Notes: a model not told the origin generated them from the letters alone. Shown: positions 41,946 to 52,183, counted from the stretch's first letter. The stretch: 64,000 bases of DNA from Burkholderiales bacterium (GCA_019635015.1 JAHCAG010000001.1:67244-131243); one strand, 5' to 3'. A program made the numbers and translations.

Positions 41946-43661
41946 ATGCAAACCATCAAAACCGACATCCTGATCCTCGGCTCCGGCGGCGCCGGACTTT
42001 TTGCCGCGCTGCATGCGCACCAGCACAATCCGCAGCTGTCGATCACCGTCGCGGTGAAGGGCCTGCTGGGCAAGACCGGCTGCACGCGGATGGTGCAGGG
42101 CGGCTACAATGTCGCGCTCGCCACCGGTGACTCGGTCGAGCGCCATTTCATGGATACCATCGAAGGCGGCAAATGGCTGCCCGACCAGGACCTGGCGTGG
42201 ACGCTGGTCGAAACCGCGGTGGAACGCATCCACGAACTCGAAAACGAGCTCGGTTGCTTCTTCGACCGCAACCCCGACGGCACGATCCACCAGAAGGCCT
42301 TTGCCGGGCAGACCTTCGACCGCACAGTGCACAAGGGCGACCTGACCGGCATCGAGATCATCAACCGCCTTGCCGAGCAGGTGTGGGCGCGCGGCATTGA
42401 CCGGCTGGAAGAGCACCGGGCGGTGGAACTCATCCGCAACAAGGCCGGCGATGCGATTTCAGGCGTGCTGATGATTGACATGCGCACGGGTGAATTTGTA
42501 TTTGTGCAGGCGCAGGCCGTGCTGCTGGCCACCGGCGGCGGGCCGACGATGTACAAGTTCCACACTCCTTCGGGCGACAAGAGCTGCGACGGCATGGCCA
42601 TGGCGCTGCGTGGCGGGCTGATGCTGCGCGACATGGAGATGGTGCAGTTTCACCCGACCGGGCTGATCGCCGGTTCCGACACGCGCATCACCGGCACCAT
42701 CATCGAGGAAGGTTTGCGCGGCGCCGGCGGCTACCTGCTGAACGGCGCCGGCGAACGTTTCATGCACAACTACGATCCACGCAACGAACGCGCCACGCGC
42801 GACATCGTCAGCCGCGGCATGTACGAGGAAATGCGCGCCGGCCGCGTCAACCAGCACGGCGGGCTTTACATCACCATGAAACATCTCGATCCGGTCATGG
42901 TGCGCCGCGAATTCAAGGGCATGGTCGAACGCTGCGCCGACTGCGGTTTTGACCTGGTCAGCGGCCTGGTCGATGTGGTGCCCACCGCCCATTACATGAT
43001 GGGGGGCGTGGTGTTCAAGACGGATTGCAGCACCGATCTGCCCGGCTTGTTCGTCGCCGGCGAAGATTCCGGCGGCGTGCACGGCGCCAACCGCCTTGGC
43101 GGCAACGGCGTGGCCAATTCCACGGTGTTCGGCGGCATCGCCGGCGACGTGATGCCGGGCTGGGTCAGGGCGAATGGCGGGTTCCGCGCGCCGGACCAGG
43201 ATGCGATTGATGCCGCGGTGGCGCGCTGCCGTGCGCCGCTTTCGCGCAAGGGCGGCGACATCAACGCGATCCGCGAGGAACTCTATAACGTTATGTGGGA
43301 CGACGTCGGCATCATCCGCGATGCCGCGTCGCTGGTTCGCGCCGAAGGACAGCTTGATGAGCTTGATGCCCGGTTGGATGCGACCGGCGTCGATGGTTCC
43401 ACGCTGGCGTTCAACCTGACCTGGCACGACTGGATGAATTTAAAAAATCTTGTGCTGGTGTCGAAATCGATCCGTTTTGCCGCGATGGCGCGGGAAGACT
43501 CGCGCGGCTCGCATTTCCGTGCCGATTTTCCCGACGTGCGTGATCTGGAGAATTCCCGTTACACCTGCGTCAGCTGGCAGGGCGGGCGTTTTGCCAGCGA
43601 AACCCGGCCGGTGCACTTCACCCGCGTCAAACCCGGGCAGTCGCTGCTGACCCCGGCCTGA
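41946..43661 (+). CDS. FrdA/SdhA-family FAD flavoprotein (Cys in place of the FAD-binding His)
   Basis: Motifs DILILGSGGAGL, FHPTG, EEGLRGAGGYLLN, TAHYMMGGV, HGANRLGGN and REDSRGSHFR. It has GCTRMVQGG where SdhA/FrdA have SHT..AQGG. Confidence 0.88.
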   Translation: MQTIKTDILILGSGGAGLFAALHAHQHNPQLSITVAVKGLLGKTGCTRMVQGGYNVALATGDSVERHFMDTIEGGKWLPDQDLAWTLVETAVERIHELENELGCFFDRNPDGTIHQKAFAGQTFDRTVHKGDLTGIEIINRLAEQVWARGIDRLEEHRAVELIRNKAGDAISGVLMIDMRTGEFVFVQAQAVLLATGGGPTMYKFHTPSGDKSCDGMAMALRGGLMLRDMEMVQFHPTGLIAGSDTRITGTIIEEGLRGAGGYLLNGAGERFMHNYDPRNERATRDIVSRGMYEEMRAGRVNQHGGLYITMKHLDPVMVRREFKGMVERCADCGFDLVSGLVDVVPTAHYMMGGVVFKTDCSTDLPGLFVAGEDSGGVHGANRLGGNGVANSTVFGGIAGDVMPGWVRANGGFRAPDQDAIDAAVARCRAPLSRKGGDINAIREELYNVMWDDVGIIRDAASLVRAEGQLDELDARLDATGVDGSTLAFNLTWHDWMNLKNLVLVSKSIRFAAMAREDSRGSHFRADFPDVRDLENSRYTCVSWQGGRFASETRPVHFTRVKPGQSLLTPA

Positions 43662-43764
43662 GGCCGGGGCCGGTGATGTTTGATTTTTCCGCGCCGGCAG
43701 GCGAGACTGCCGGTCCCCGAACGTCCTGTTCCGGATTCCAGCATACAACCAGTGAGGAGTGGCC

Positions 43765-44742
43765 ATGGCCCAGTTCAACATTCTGTTACGCGGCTTCTGT
43801 GCCGTAATCGCAATCGCCGCCGGTGCGGCGCCTGCGGCTGCGCAGGAGTTTCCGTCCAGGGCGGTCCGCATGGTGCTGCCGTTCCCGGCCGGCGGCGGCA
43901 GCGACCTGGTGGCGCGCATCATCGCGCAGAAGTATTCGCAGCAACTCGGCCAGCAGGTGATCGTTGACAACCGGGCAGGCGCCAGCGGCAACATTGCAGC
44001 CGACATCGTGGCCAAGGCGCCGGGCGACGGCTACACGGTGTTTTTCGCCAACTCCTCCATTGCGATCAGCCCCGCGATCTACAAGAAGCTGAGTTTCGAT
44101 CCGGTCAGGGATTTTGCCGCGATATCGATGGCTTCCTCGTATCCCTTCGCGCTGGTCGCGCATCCTGCGCTGCCGGTGAAAACCGTCAAGGACCTGGTGG
44201 CATTGGCCAAGTCCAAGCCGAATTCCCTCGACTATTCGTCAGCCGGCACCGGCACGATGTCGCACATGGCGATGGAAATGCTGCGGGTCAAAACCGGCAC
44301 CCGCATCACCCACCTGCCGTACAAGGGCGCGGCGCCGGCTTCGGTGGCCTTGCTGACCGGCGAGTCCCAGGTGGCATTCGTGGTGATGCCGGTGGCGGCG
44401 CCGCACGTCCGCAACAACCGCCTGCGCGGGCTGGCTGTCGCCGACAAGGTGCGTTCGGCGGTCGCGCCGGAGCTGCCGACGATGATCGAGGCGGGCGTCA
44501 AGGATCACATCGCACTGCAGTGGAATGGCTTGCTGGCTCCGGCGAAGACCCCGCAGGCGGTGCAGGACAAGCTGTATCGCGAGTGGGTTGTGGCCGTCAA
44601 ATCGCCCGAGGTCGTGCAGCGCATCCGGGCCGAAGGCGCCGAACCCAGCGGCAACACGCCGGCCGAGTTTTCCGCATTTTTCCGCTCGGAGCTTGCGAAG
44701 TGGGCGGATGTCGCAAAGCAGTCCGGCACCACAGTGGACTGA
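43765..44742 (+). CDS. Bug/TctC-family substrate-binding protein 2
   Basis: Signal peptide plus AVRMVLPFPAGGGSDLVARI. ATG 43765 lies 5 nt after GAGGAG. Confidence 0.9.
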   Translation: MAQFNILLRGFCAVIAIAAGAAPAAAQEFPSRAVRMVLPFPAGGGSDLVARIIAQKYSQQLGQQVIVDNRAGASGNIAADIVAKAPGDGYTVFFANSSIAISPAIYKKLSFDPVRDFAAISMASSYPFALVAHPALPVKTVKDLVALAKSKPNSLDYSSAGTGTMSHMAMEMLRVKTGTRITHLPYKGAAPASVALLTGESQVAFVVMPVAAPHVRNNRLRGLAVADKVRSAVAPELPTMIEAGVKDHIALQWNGLLAPAKTPQAVQDKLYREWVVAVKSPEVVQRIRAEGAEPSGNTPAEFSAFFRSELAKWADVAKQSGTTVD

Positions 44743-44752
44743 GCCTGCCGCG

Positions 44753-45766
44753 ATGCCGACGCTGACCACGGGGGAGCTCTCGGAGCTTGTTGCGCGGGCG
44801 CTGAAGCGCGCCGGCGCGTCGAAGGTGATGGCGCAGACCACCGCAGATGCGCTGGTGGCGGCCGAGGCGGAGGGCCTTTCCGGCCATGGCCTGTCGCGCG
44901 TGGCACTCTATGCGCAGCACCTGCGCGAGGGTCGCGCTGATGGAAAAGCGAAGCCGAAAGTCGTGCGCAAGCAGGGGGCGACCTGCCTGATCGACGCCGG
45001 CGGCGGCCTCGCTTTTCCGGCGGCTGCGCTGGCGGTGACCGAAGTGGTCAAACGCGCGCGGCGTTACGGCATTGCCTTTGCCGGCGTCACCAACAGCCAC
45101 CATTTTGGCGCCGCAGCCTACCATCTTGCGCCGATCGCCGATGCGGGCATGACCGGCATCGCACTGACCAATTCGCCGGCGGCGATCAATGCCTGGGGCG
45201 GCAAGCGGGCGTACTTCGGCACCAATCCCGTTGCCGCGATTTTTCCGCGCAAGGATGCCGCACCGATCGTTGTCGACCTGTCGCTGACCGAAGTGACCCG
45301 CGGCAAGATCATGCTGATGGCGAAGGAAAACAAGCCGATCCCGCCCGGCTGGGCGGTCGACCGCGACGGCAACCCGACGACCAGCGCGCAGGCGGCGCTG
45401 ACCGGCAGCCTGACCGCGATCGGCGGCGTCAAGGGCGCTGCGCTGGCGCTGATGGTCGAAGCGCTGTGCGTTGCGCTGACCGGCGCGGCGCTGAGCGTGG
45501 AAAACGATTCGTACTTCGAACCCGGCAACAAGCCGCGCATCGGTCATGCGCTGATCGCGATCGATCCGCACGCGCTGGCGGGAGCGGAGACCTACTATTC
45601 GCGCATCGAAGACATGGTTACGGGCATGCTCGCCGACGATGGTGTGCGCCTGCCCGGTGCGCGGCGGCAGGCTGCGCTTGCACAGGCACAGGCCGGCGGC
45701 ATTGCCGTTGCCGATGCGCTGCATGCCGAACTGCGCCGGCTCGCCGGACGCAGTCGTGCGGCCTGA
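44753..45766 (+). CDS. LDH2/MDH2-family (Ldh_2) NAD(P)-dependent 2-hydroxyacid/2-oxoacid oxidoreductase
   Basis: Motifs EGLSGHGLSRVALY, HHFGAAAYH and GGVKGAALALMVE are typical of malate/L-lactate/sulfolactate dehydrogenase family 2. Confidence 0.82.
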   Translation: MPTLTTGELSELVARALKRAGASKVMAQTTADALVAAEAEGLSGHGLSRVALYAQHLREGRADGKAKPKVVRKQGATCLIDAGGGLAFPAAALAVTEVVKRARRYGIAFAGVTNSHHFGAAAYHLAPIADAGMTGIALTNSPAAINAWGGKRAYFGTNPVAAIFPRKDAAPIVVDLSLTEVTRGKIMLMAKENKPIPPGWAVDRDGNPTTSAQAALTGSLTAIGGVKGAALALMVEALCVALTGAALSVENDSYFEPGNKPRIGHALIAIDPHALAGAETYYSRIEDMVTGMLADDGVRLPGARRQAALAQAQAGGIAVADALHAELRRLAGRSRAA

Positions 45767-45857
45767 TAGTGATTATTGATAAGTATTTGATTTTAAACAA
45801 TAAATTGTAATTCCTCCAGCGGGTCATCCGGATCCGCCTGGAGGCGTTGCTGCACAG

Positions 45858-47663
<1,806 letters not shown>

Positions 47664-47678
47664 ACGCAGGTGTTGTGG

Positions 47679-47975
47679 TCAGGCCAGTCCTTCGACGATG
47701 CGCAGGTCGCGCTCCACCGCGCCACCGGCGAGTTCCTTCAGCGCCGCCTGGTAGGCCGGCGTGTCGTGGGCCGACAGGGCCTGCGCAAGACTGTCGAACT
47801 CGATGACCACCACCCGCTGCAGGATGCCGGCCTCGTGGACTTTCGCGGCCATGCCGCGCACCAGGAAGCGCCCGCCGTGCGCCTGGACGGCGGCAGGCGC
47901 CACAGCGGCGTAACGCTTGAAGGCTTCCGCATCGTGTATTGCCCGGTAACTGACCACCCAATAAGCTTTTGCCAT
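47679..47975 (-). CDS. DUF1330 domain protein
   Basis: 98 aa, MAKAYWVVSYRAIHDAEAFKRY...VVIEFDSLAQA. An SD (GGAGAAG) lies upstream. The longer track ORF is an antisense extension. Confidence 0.75.
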   Translation of the reverse strand: MAKAYWVVSYRAIHDAEAFKRYAAVAPAAVQAHGGRFLVRGMAAKVHEAGILQRVVVIEFDSLAQALSAHDTPAYQAALKELAGGAVERDLRIVEGLA

Positions 47976-48123
47976 GTTGTCTTCTCCGATCCGCTTGAAG
48001 TCACCGGCATGATACGACGCCGGCCGGCGCCATAATCCGGAAAACCGCTGCCGTGAGCGGGCCGATGCGTGTATGTTGACCGTGTGCCGCGGAGACGACC
48101 CGCAGACTGAAGGAGGAGAACAC

Positions 48124-49020
48124 ATGGGCATTACCGTCTGTCCGGTCACGCCGGATTTTGCCGCCGAGGTCGGCGATGTCGACCTGTCGAAACCGCTGTC
48201 CGTCGCCGACCTTGCGGCGATCAGGGAGGCGTTCTGGAAATACGCCGTGCTGGTGTTTCCGCAGCAGCATCTGGACCAGGAACAGCAGTTGGCTTTCGCT
48301 GCGCATTTCGGTCCGATCGAAAACGAGCGCACCCTTGATCCGAAGGCGACGCCATCACGCTTCAGTGGCGCGTTTTCCGACATTTCCAATCTTTCAGCGG
48401 ATGGAAAAATCTGGGGTGAAAGCAGCCGCCAGCGCATGTACAAGGCCGGCAACCGCCTGTGGCATACCGACAGTTCGTTCAAGCGCCTGCCCAGCATCTG
48501 CTCGCTGCTGTATGCCGAGACAGTCGCGCCGATCGGCGGCCATACCGAGTTCGCCGATCAGCGCGCGGCCTACGACGCATTGCCGGCTGCGACGAAGAAA
48601 AAACTGCAGGGCCTGGTCGTCGAACACTGGATCGCCACTTCGCGGCGCCGCAACGGCTTTTACGAATTCACCGAAGAGGAGCAGAAACGCCTGCCGCCGG
48701 TGCCTCAGGTGCTGGTGCGCACCATTCCGCAGAGCGGCCGCAAGTCGCTGTTCGTGGCCTCGCATGCCGGGCGGATCTGGGGCATGCCGGACGCGGAAGG
48801 TCGGGCATTGATCGACGAACTGATCGCCCATGTCACGCAGCGCCAGTTCGTCTACACCCATCGCTGGCGCCCGCATGAACTGGTGATGTGGGACAACCGC
48901 TGCACGATGCATCGCGGCACCGAATTCGACGACCTGCGCTGGGTGCGTGACATGCGCCGCGTCACCGTCAGCGATGTTGCAAACAGCTGTGAGCAGGAAG
49001 GGGTGCCACTGCCGGCCTGA
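48124..49020 (+). CDS. TauD/TfdA-family Fe(II)/2-oxoglutarate dioxygenase
   Basis: HTDSSF (HxD) facial-triad motif...TMHRG. ATG 48124 follows GGAGGAG. Confidence 0.82.
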   Translation: MGITVCPVTPDFAAEVGDVDLSKPLSVADLAAIREAFWKYAVLVFPQQHLDQEQQLAFAAHFGPIENERTLDPKATPSRFSGAFSDISNLSADGKIWGESSRQRMYKAGNRLWHTDSSFKRLPSICSLLYAETVAPIGGHTEFADQRAAYDALPAATKKKLQGLVVEHWIATSRRRNGFYEFTEEEQKRLPPVPQVLVRTIPQSGRKSLFVASHAGRIWGMPDAEGRALIDELIAHVTQRQFVYTHRWRPHELVMWDNRCTMHRGTEFDDLRWVRDMRRVTVSDVANSCEQEGVPLPA

Positions 49021-49036
49021 GCCCTCGCGGCAGTCG

Positions 49037-49059
49037 AAAAAAACCCCGCCGCAGCGGGG
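49037..49059 (-). terminator. Intrinsic terminator of the OmpA-like lipoprotein gene
   Basis: Minus-strand reading: CCCCGC-TGCG-GCGGGG hairpin followed by TTTTTTT (the + strand A-run 49037-43). Confidence 0.75.
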
Positions 49060-49086
49060 TAAACGCTCCTCCAGGGGATGTCGTTT

Positions 49087-49587
49087 TCAGTCGGCGCAGA
49101 ATTTGGTCACGGCCATCGGCTCGCGCGCATCCTTGCCTTCCCAGAACATCAGCTTCGCATCAAGGCCCTTCTCCACGAGATAGGCCTGCACGGCCTTGGC
49201 ACGAGCCTCGTCGAGGTTGGGATTGGATGCCGCCTCAAGGCGGTCGGTGTGCCCGGTGATGATGATCGAGCCGACATTGACCGGGCGCGGATCCTTCTTC
49301 ACGCCCTGCAGGATGACACCGACGATCCTGTCGAGCTCGGTCTTGCCGCCCGCTTTCAGCACCGCACTGTTCTGATCCCAAGCGCTGTCGCCCTGGGCCA
49401 TCGCACTCAGCATCACATTGTCCCTGCCGGGTTTGGCGCCCGGTTTTGCCGGCGGTTTTTCCTTGCTGCCGGTGACTTCCACGGCGACCCGGCGGTTCGG
49501 TTGCAGGCAACTGACGAGTTCCGGACTTGCAGCGCAACCCCCCAGCACGGCCACCAGCCCGGCGGCTCCCAAAGACATCATCCTCAT
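49087..49587 (-). CDS. OmpA C-terminal-domain lipoprotein
   Basis: Lipobox LGGC after the signal peptide, and an OmpA-like motif (ITGHTDRLEAASNPNLDEARAKAV). ATG 49587 is preceded by GGAGGAG. Confidence 0.82.
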   Translation of the reverse strand: MRMMSLGAAGLVAVLGGCAASPELVSCLQPNRRVAVEVTGSKEKPPAKPGAKPGRDNVMLSAMAQGDSAWDQNSAVLKAGGKTELDRIVGVILQGVKKDPRPVNVGSIIITGHTDRLEAASNPNLDEARAKAVQAYLVEKGLDAKLMFWEGKDAREPMAVTKFCAD

Positions 49588-49652
49588 TGTGTTCTCCTCC
49601 GTTGGAATTGTTTGAATGCACCGGTCCGGCATCGGCCTTCCCGTCCTGGGTG

Positions 49653-49682
49653 ATTCTAGGACGCGTGACGGATTGATTGCAA
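49653..49682 (-). promoter_or_regulatory. Sigma-70-type promoter candidate for the OmpA-like gene
   Basis: Minus-strand TTGCAA, 18-nt spacer, TAGAAT, with an A/T-rich UP-like tract upstream (49683-49740). Confidence 0.45.
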
Positions 49683-49933
49683 TTAAAAATGACAAAGGTT
49701 TAGTTTTTGTTCCAGAAAATGGAATTAAAAGTGTTTTCAGGCAGATTTGACCCAAAACCGCTTTAATCAGAACGAAAAATGCAGTCAGGAGGGTGTATTT
49801 CCGGTGTTCCGGAGGTGATGCGGACAGCTCAATTCCGTTTCCGTGGGCACCCCGACAGGCGCATGCGCGCCATCCGGGCTGTCATCGCCGCAGACGGAGC
49901 CCGCCGGACTTGTCCGTTGGTAAGCTGCCGCGC

Positions 49934-51208
49934 TCAGCGAATGCGGTAGAGGTCGGGAGCCCGCGTGTCCATCAGCATGCTGCGGCCGACCTCGGCGATC
50001 GAGTTGGCACCGAGCATGGCCATGTCACGGTCGATTTCGTCATGCAGCAAGCGGATCGCGTGGCGCACGCCGGTTTCGCCGGCGACCGCGGCGGCGTAGA
50101 GCATGGGGCGGCCGACGAATACGAATTTCGCGCCCAGCGCCAGCGCTTTGAGTGCATCGGTGCCACGGCGGATGCCGCTGTCCATCATCACCGTCATGCC
50201 GCCGGCCGCCTCGACAATGCCGGGCAGCACCCGCAGCGGCGAACTGGCCGAATCAAGCTGGCGGCCGCCGTGGTTGGAGACGATGATGCCGTCGGCGCCC
50301 TGCTCGCGCGCGATCACTGCGTCCTCTTTCGCCAGGATGCCCTTGATCACCAGCCTGCCTTTCCACAGCCGGCGCATCAGGGCGAAATGCTGCCAGTTCA
50401 GGTGGTCGCGGTTGGCGCGCTCGCGCACTGCAGTGCGCGATACCAGCGGCGTACGTTTGCCCATGTTCTCGAAATGCGGCATGCCGCGGGTGAAGTAGGT
50501 GCGCAGCGCCGTGCCGATGAGCCAGCGCGGCCGCGCGAGGCACTGCAGCGCCAGACGCAGGCCCGGCCGCAACGGCGCGTTGTAGCCGTTGCGCACGTTG
50601 TTTTCGCGATTGGCGCCGACGGGAATGTCAACGGTCAGCACCAGCGTGTCGTATCCCGCTTTCGCCACACGCTCGACCAGTTCGGTGATCGCCTGCTCCT
50701 CGCCCGGCAGGTATGCCTGGAACCAGGTGTGCCCGGGCGCGGCCTCGCGCACCTTCTCCAGCGGGGTCAGCGAGGCGCCGCTGAGGATCATCGGCACGTT
50801 GCGCGCCGCGGCGGCGCGCGCCAGCGCCAGGTCGCCATCGAAGGCCGCGAGCGAGGTGCCACCCATCGGTGCGATGCCGAAGGGTGAATCGTAGCTGCGG
50901 CCGAACAGTTCGGTTTTCTGGGATCGTTGCGACACGTTGACCAGCATCCGCGGCAGCAGCGCCAGGTCGTCGAAGGCCGAGCGGTTCCAGTTCAGCGTGA
51001 TGTTGCGTTCCACGCCGCCCGACACATAGCCGTAGATCGGCCGCGGGATGTAGCGCCGTGCGGGGGCCTCGAAATCCTCCAGCGCCAGCATCAGCCGCAG
51101 CGCCGGCGGTGCGGCTGCGCTGGTCAGCTGCGGCGTGGCGCGGTCGGCGGAGGACAGCGGCTTGTCGGCAGAAGGGGCGGTGTTCGGCATGGCATTCCCG
51201 TCGGTCAC
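49934..51208 (-). CDS. FMN-dependent alpha-hydroxy-acid dehydrogenase/oxidase (LldD / glycolate oxidase family)
   Basis: SNHGGRQLD motif and a TIM-barrel FMN pattern. Alternative start ATG 51091 (MLALEDFEAPARR) would remove a 39-aa low-complexity N-terminus. Confidence 0.85.
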   Translation of the reverse strand: MTDGNAMPNTAPSADKPLSSADRATPQLTSAAAPPALRLMLALEDFEAPARRYIPRPIYGYVSGGVERNITLNWNRSAFDDLALLPRMLVNVSQRSQKTELFGRSYDSPFGIAPMGGTSLAAFDGDLALARAAAARNVPMILSGASLTPLEKVREAAPGHTWFQAYLPGEEQAITELVERVAKAGYDTLVLTVDIPVGANRENNVRNGYNAPLRPGLRLALQCLARPRWLIGTALRTYFTRGMPHFENMGKRTPLVSRTAVRERANRDHLNWQHFALMRRLWKGRLVIKGILAKEDAVIAREQGADGIIVSNHGGRQLDSASSPLRVLPGIVEAAGGMTVMMDSGIRRGTDALKALALGAKFVFVGRPMLYAAAVAGETGVRHAIRLLHDEIDRDMAMLGANSIAEVGRSMLMDTRAPDLYRIR

Positions 51209-51367
51209 ATGGTGAGCGGCCGAGCGTAGATGAATGGGCTTCGCCGAGTCAATTTGTGCTCATGGATTGTGGACTTTCGACAGTTCCGGCGGGGTTGCGG
51301 AGTCGGTGTAAGCTGTGCCTGCCGGGATTTGTCGTTCCGGAATACGGTGCCGTGATGGAGTCTCGGG

Positions 51368-51892
51368 ATGAACCTTGAAGCGGAGCCATTCACCCCCGCG
51401 CAACGCACGGCGATTGTTGCCGAGTGGAAGCGCATTGCAGCCGAACCTGCGCCTGCGAGCCCGCGTCCCTATGGCTGTCTTGCGGTGATTGCAGGCCTGG
51501 TGCTGTTTTTCGTGCTGCCGCAGCTGGGCATTCACCTGTCTCCTCCGTGGAACACGGTGTTGCTGGCAGCCATCGGGCTGCTGGTGGCGGTCGGGCTTTT
51601 CACAGGAGTGTTCATGGGCAGCGGACGCTACGGACGGGCCGTTACTCGCGCGGAAGCGGCCCTGCAGGCGCTGTCCGGAGATACAGCCATCGATGAGGCG
51701 ATACGTCTGCGCCTTGCAGTGGACCTGATTGCCAATGCCTGGGTCAGCGACGGACCGACCCTGTCAGCAGCCATCGACTTTGCCGAGGCGAGGCGGCGCC
51801 TGGGCGCGAATCTGGACTATGTTGTTGCGGTGGAGCAGGTGCTGGCGCAGGAAATCGGCGATCAGCACGTGTTCATCCAGCCTGGCGCCTGA
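51368..51892 (+). CDS. Hypothetical membrane protein (two TM helices)
   Basis: 174-aa ORF with coding-like third positions. No family recognised. Confidence 0.45.
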   Translation: MNLEAEPFTPAQRTAIVAEWKRIAAEPAPASPRPYGCLAVIAGLVLFFVLPQLGIHLSPPWNTVLLAAIGLLVAVGLFTGVFMGSGRYGRAVTRAEAALQALSGDTAIDEAIRLRLAVDLIANAWVSDGPTLSAAIDFAEARRRLGANLDYVVAVEQVLAQEIGDQHVFIQPGA

Positions 51893-51904
51893 GCGCCGCA
51901 CGGG

Positions 51905-52171
51905 TCAGCGTTTTTCCGCAGTGACCCGCCCCTGTGCGTTGACATAGACCCGGTAGCGGCTGCCGTTGCTGCAGGTGGCAAGGTGGTCGTTGTTGCCCTG
52001 GGTTGCCACACTGACGACCTGGCCGCAGGGCAGACCCAGCAGCGAGATCGTCGCCGTCAGATCCTTGGCCAGCGGACTGTTGCCGTCAGCAGCGGACGCC
52101 GGTGTTCCCGTCAGCAGGAGTGCCGCCGCAAGCAGGCTTGCGCCGAAAGACAGTCTGTTCATCATGATCAT
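51905..52171 (-). CDS. Small hypothetical secreted protein
   Basis: 88 aa with signal peptide SFGASLLAAALLLTGTPASA and two Cys residues. Confidence 0.5.
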   Translation of the reverse strand: MIMMNRLSFGASLLAAALLLTGTPASAADGNSPLAKDLTATISLLGLPCGQVVSVATQGNNDHLATCSNGSRYRVYVNAQGRVTAEKR

Positions 52172-52183
52172 GGTTTCCGCCGT

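Noticed and set aside
36301-43661. Interpreting the FRD/SDH-like genes as the housekeeping succinate dehydrogenase
   Set aside because: The flavoprotein lacks the FAD-binding His. The gene order is B-D-C...A, interrupted by unrelated genes. The set sits under a GntR-type catabolic regulator.
32114-45766. Calling the island a horizontally acquired genomic island
   Set aside because: There is no flanking tRNA, integrase, direct repeats or clear compositional break visible by eye. Only the single REP-like element and A/T-rich boundaries were seen, which is insufficient.
49793-50887. 364-aa plus-strand ORF
   Set aside because: It is antisense to the FMN-dependent dehydrogenase, which carries the SNHGGRQLD motif.
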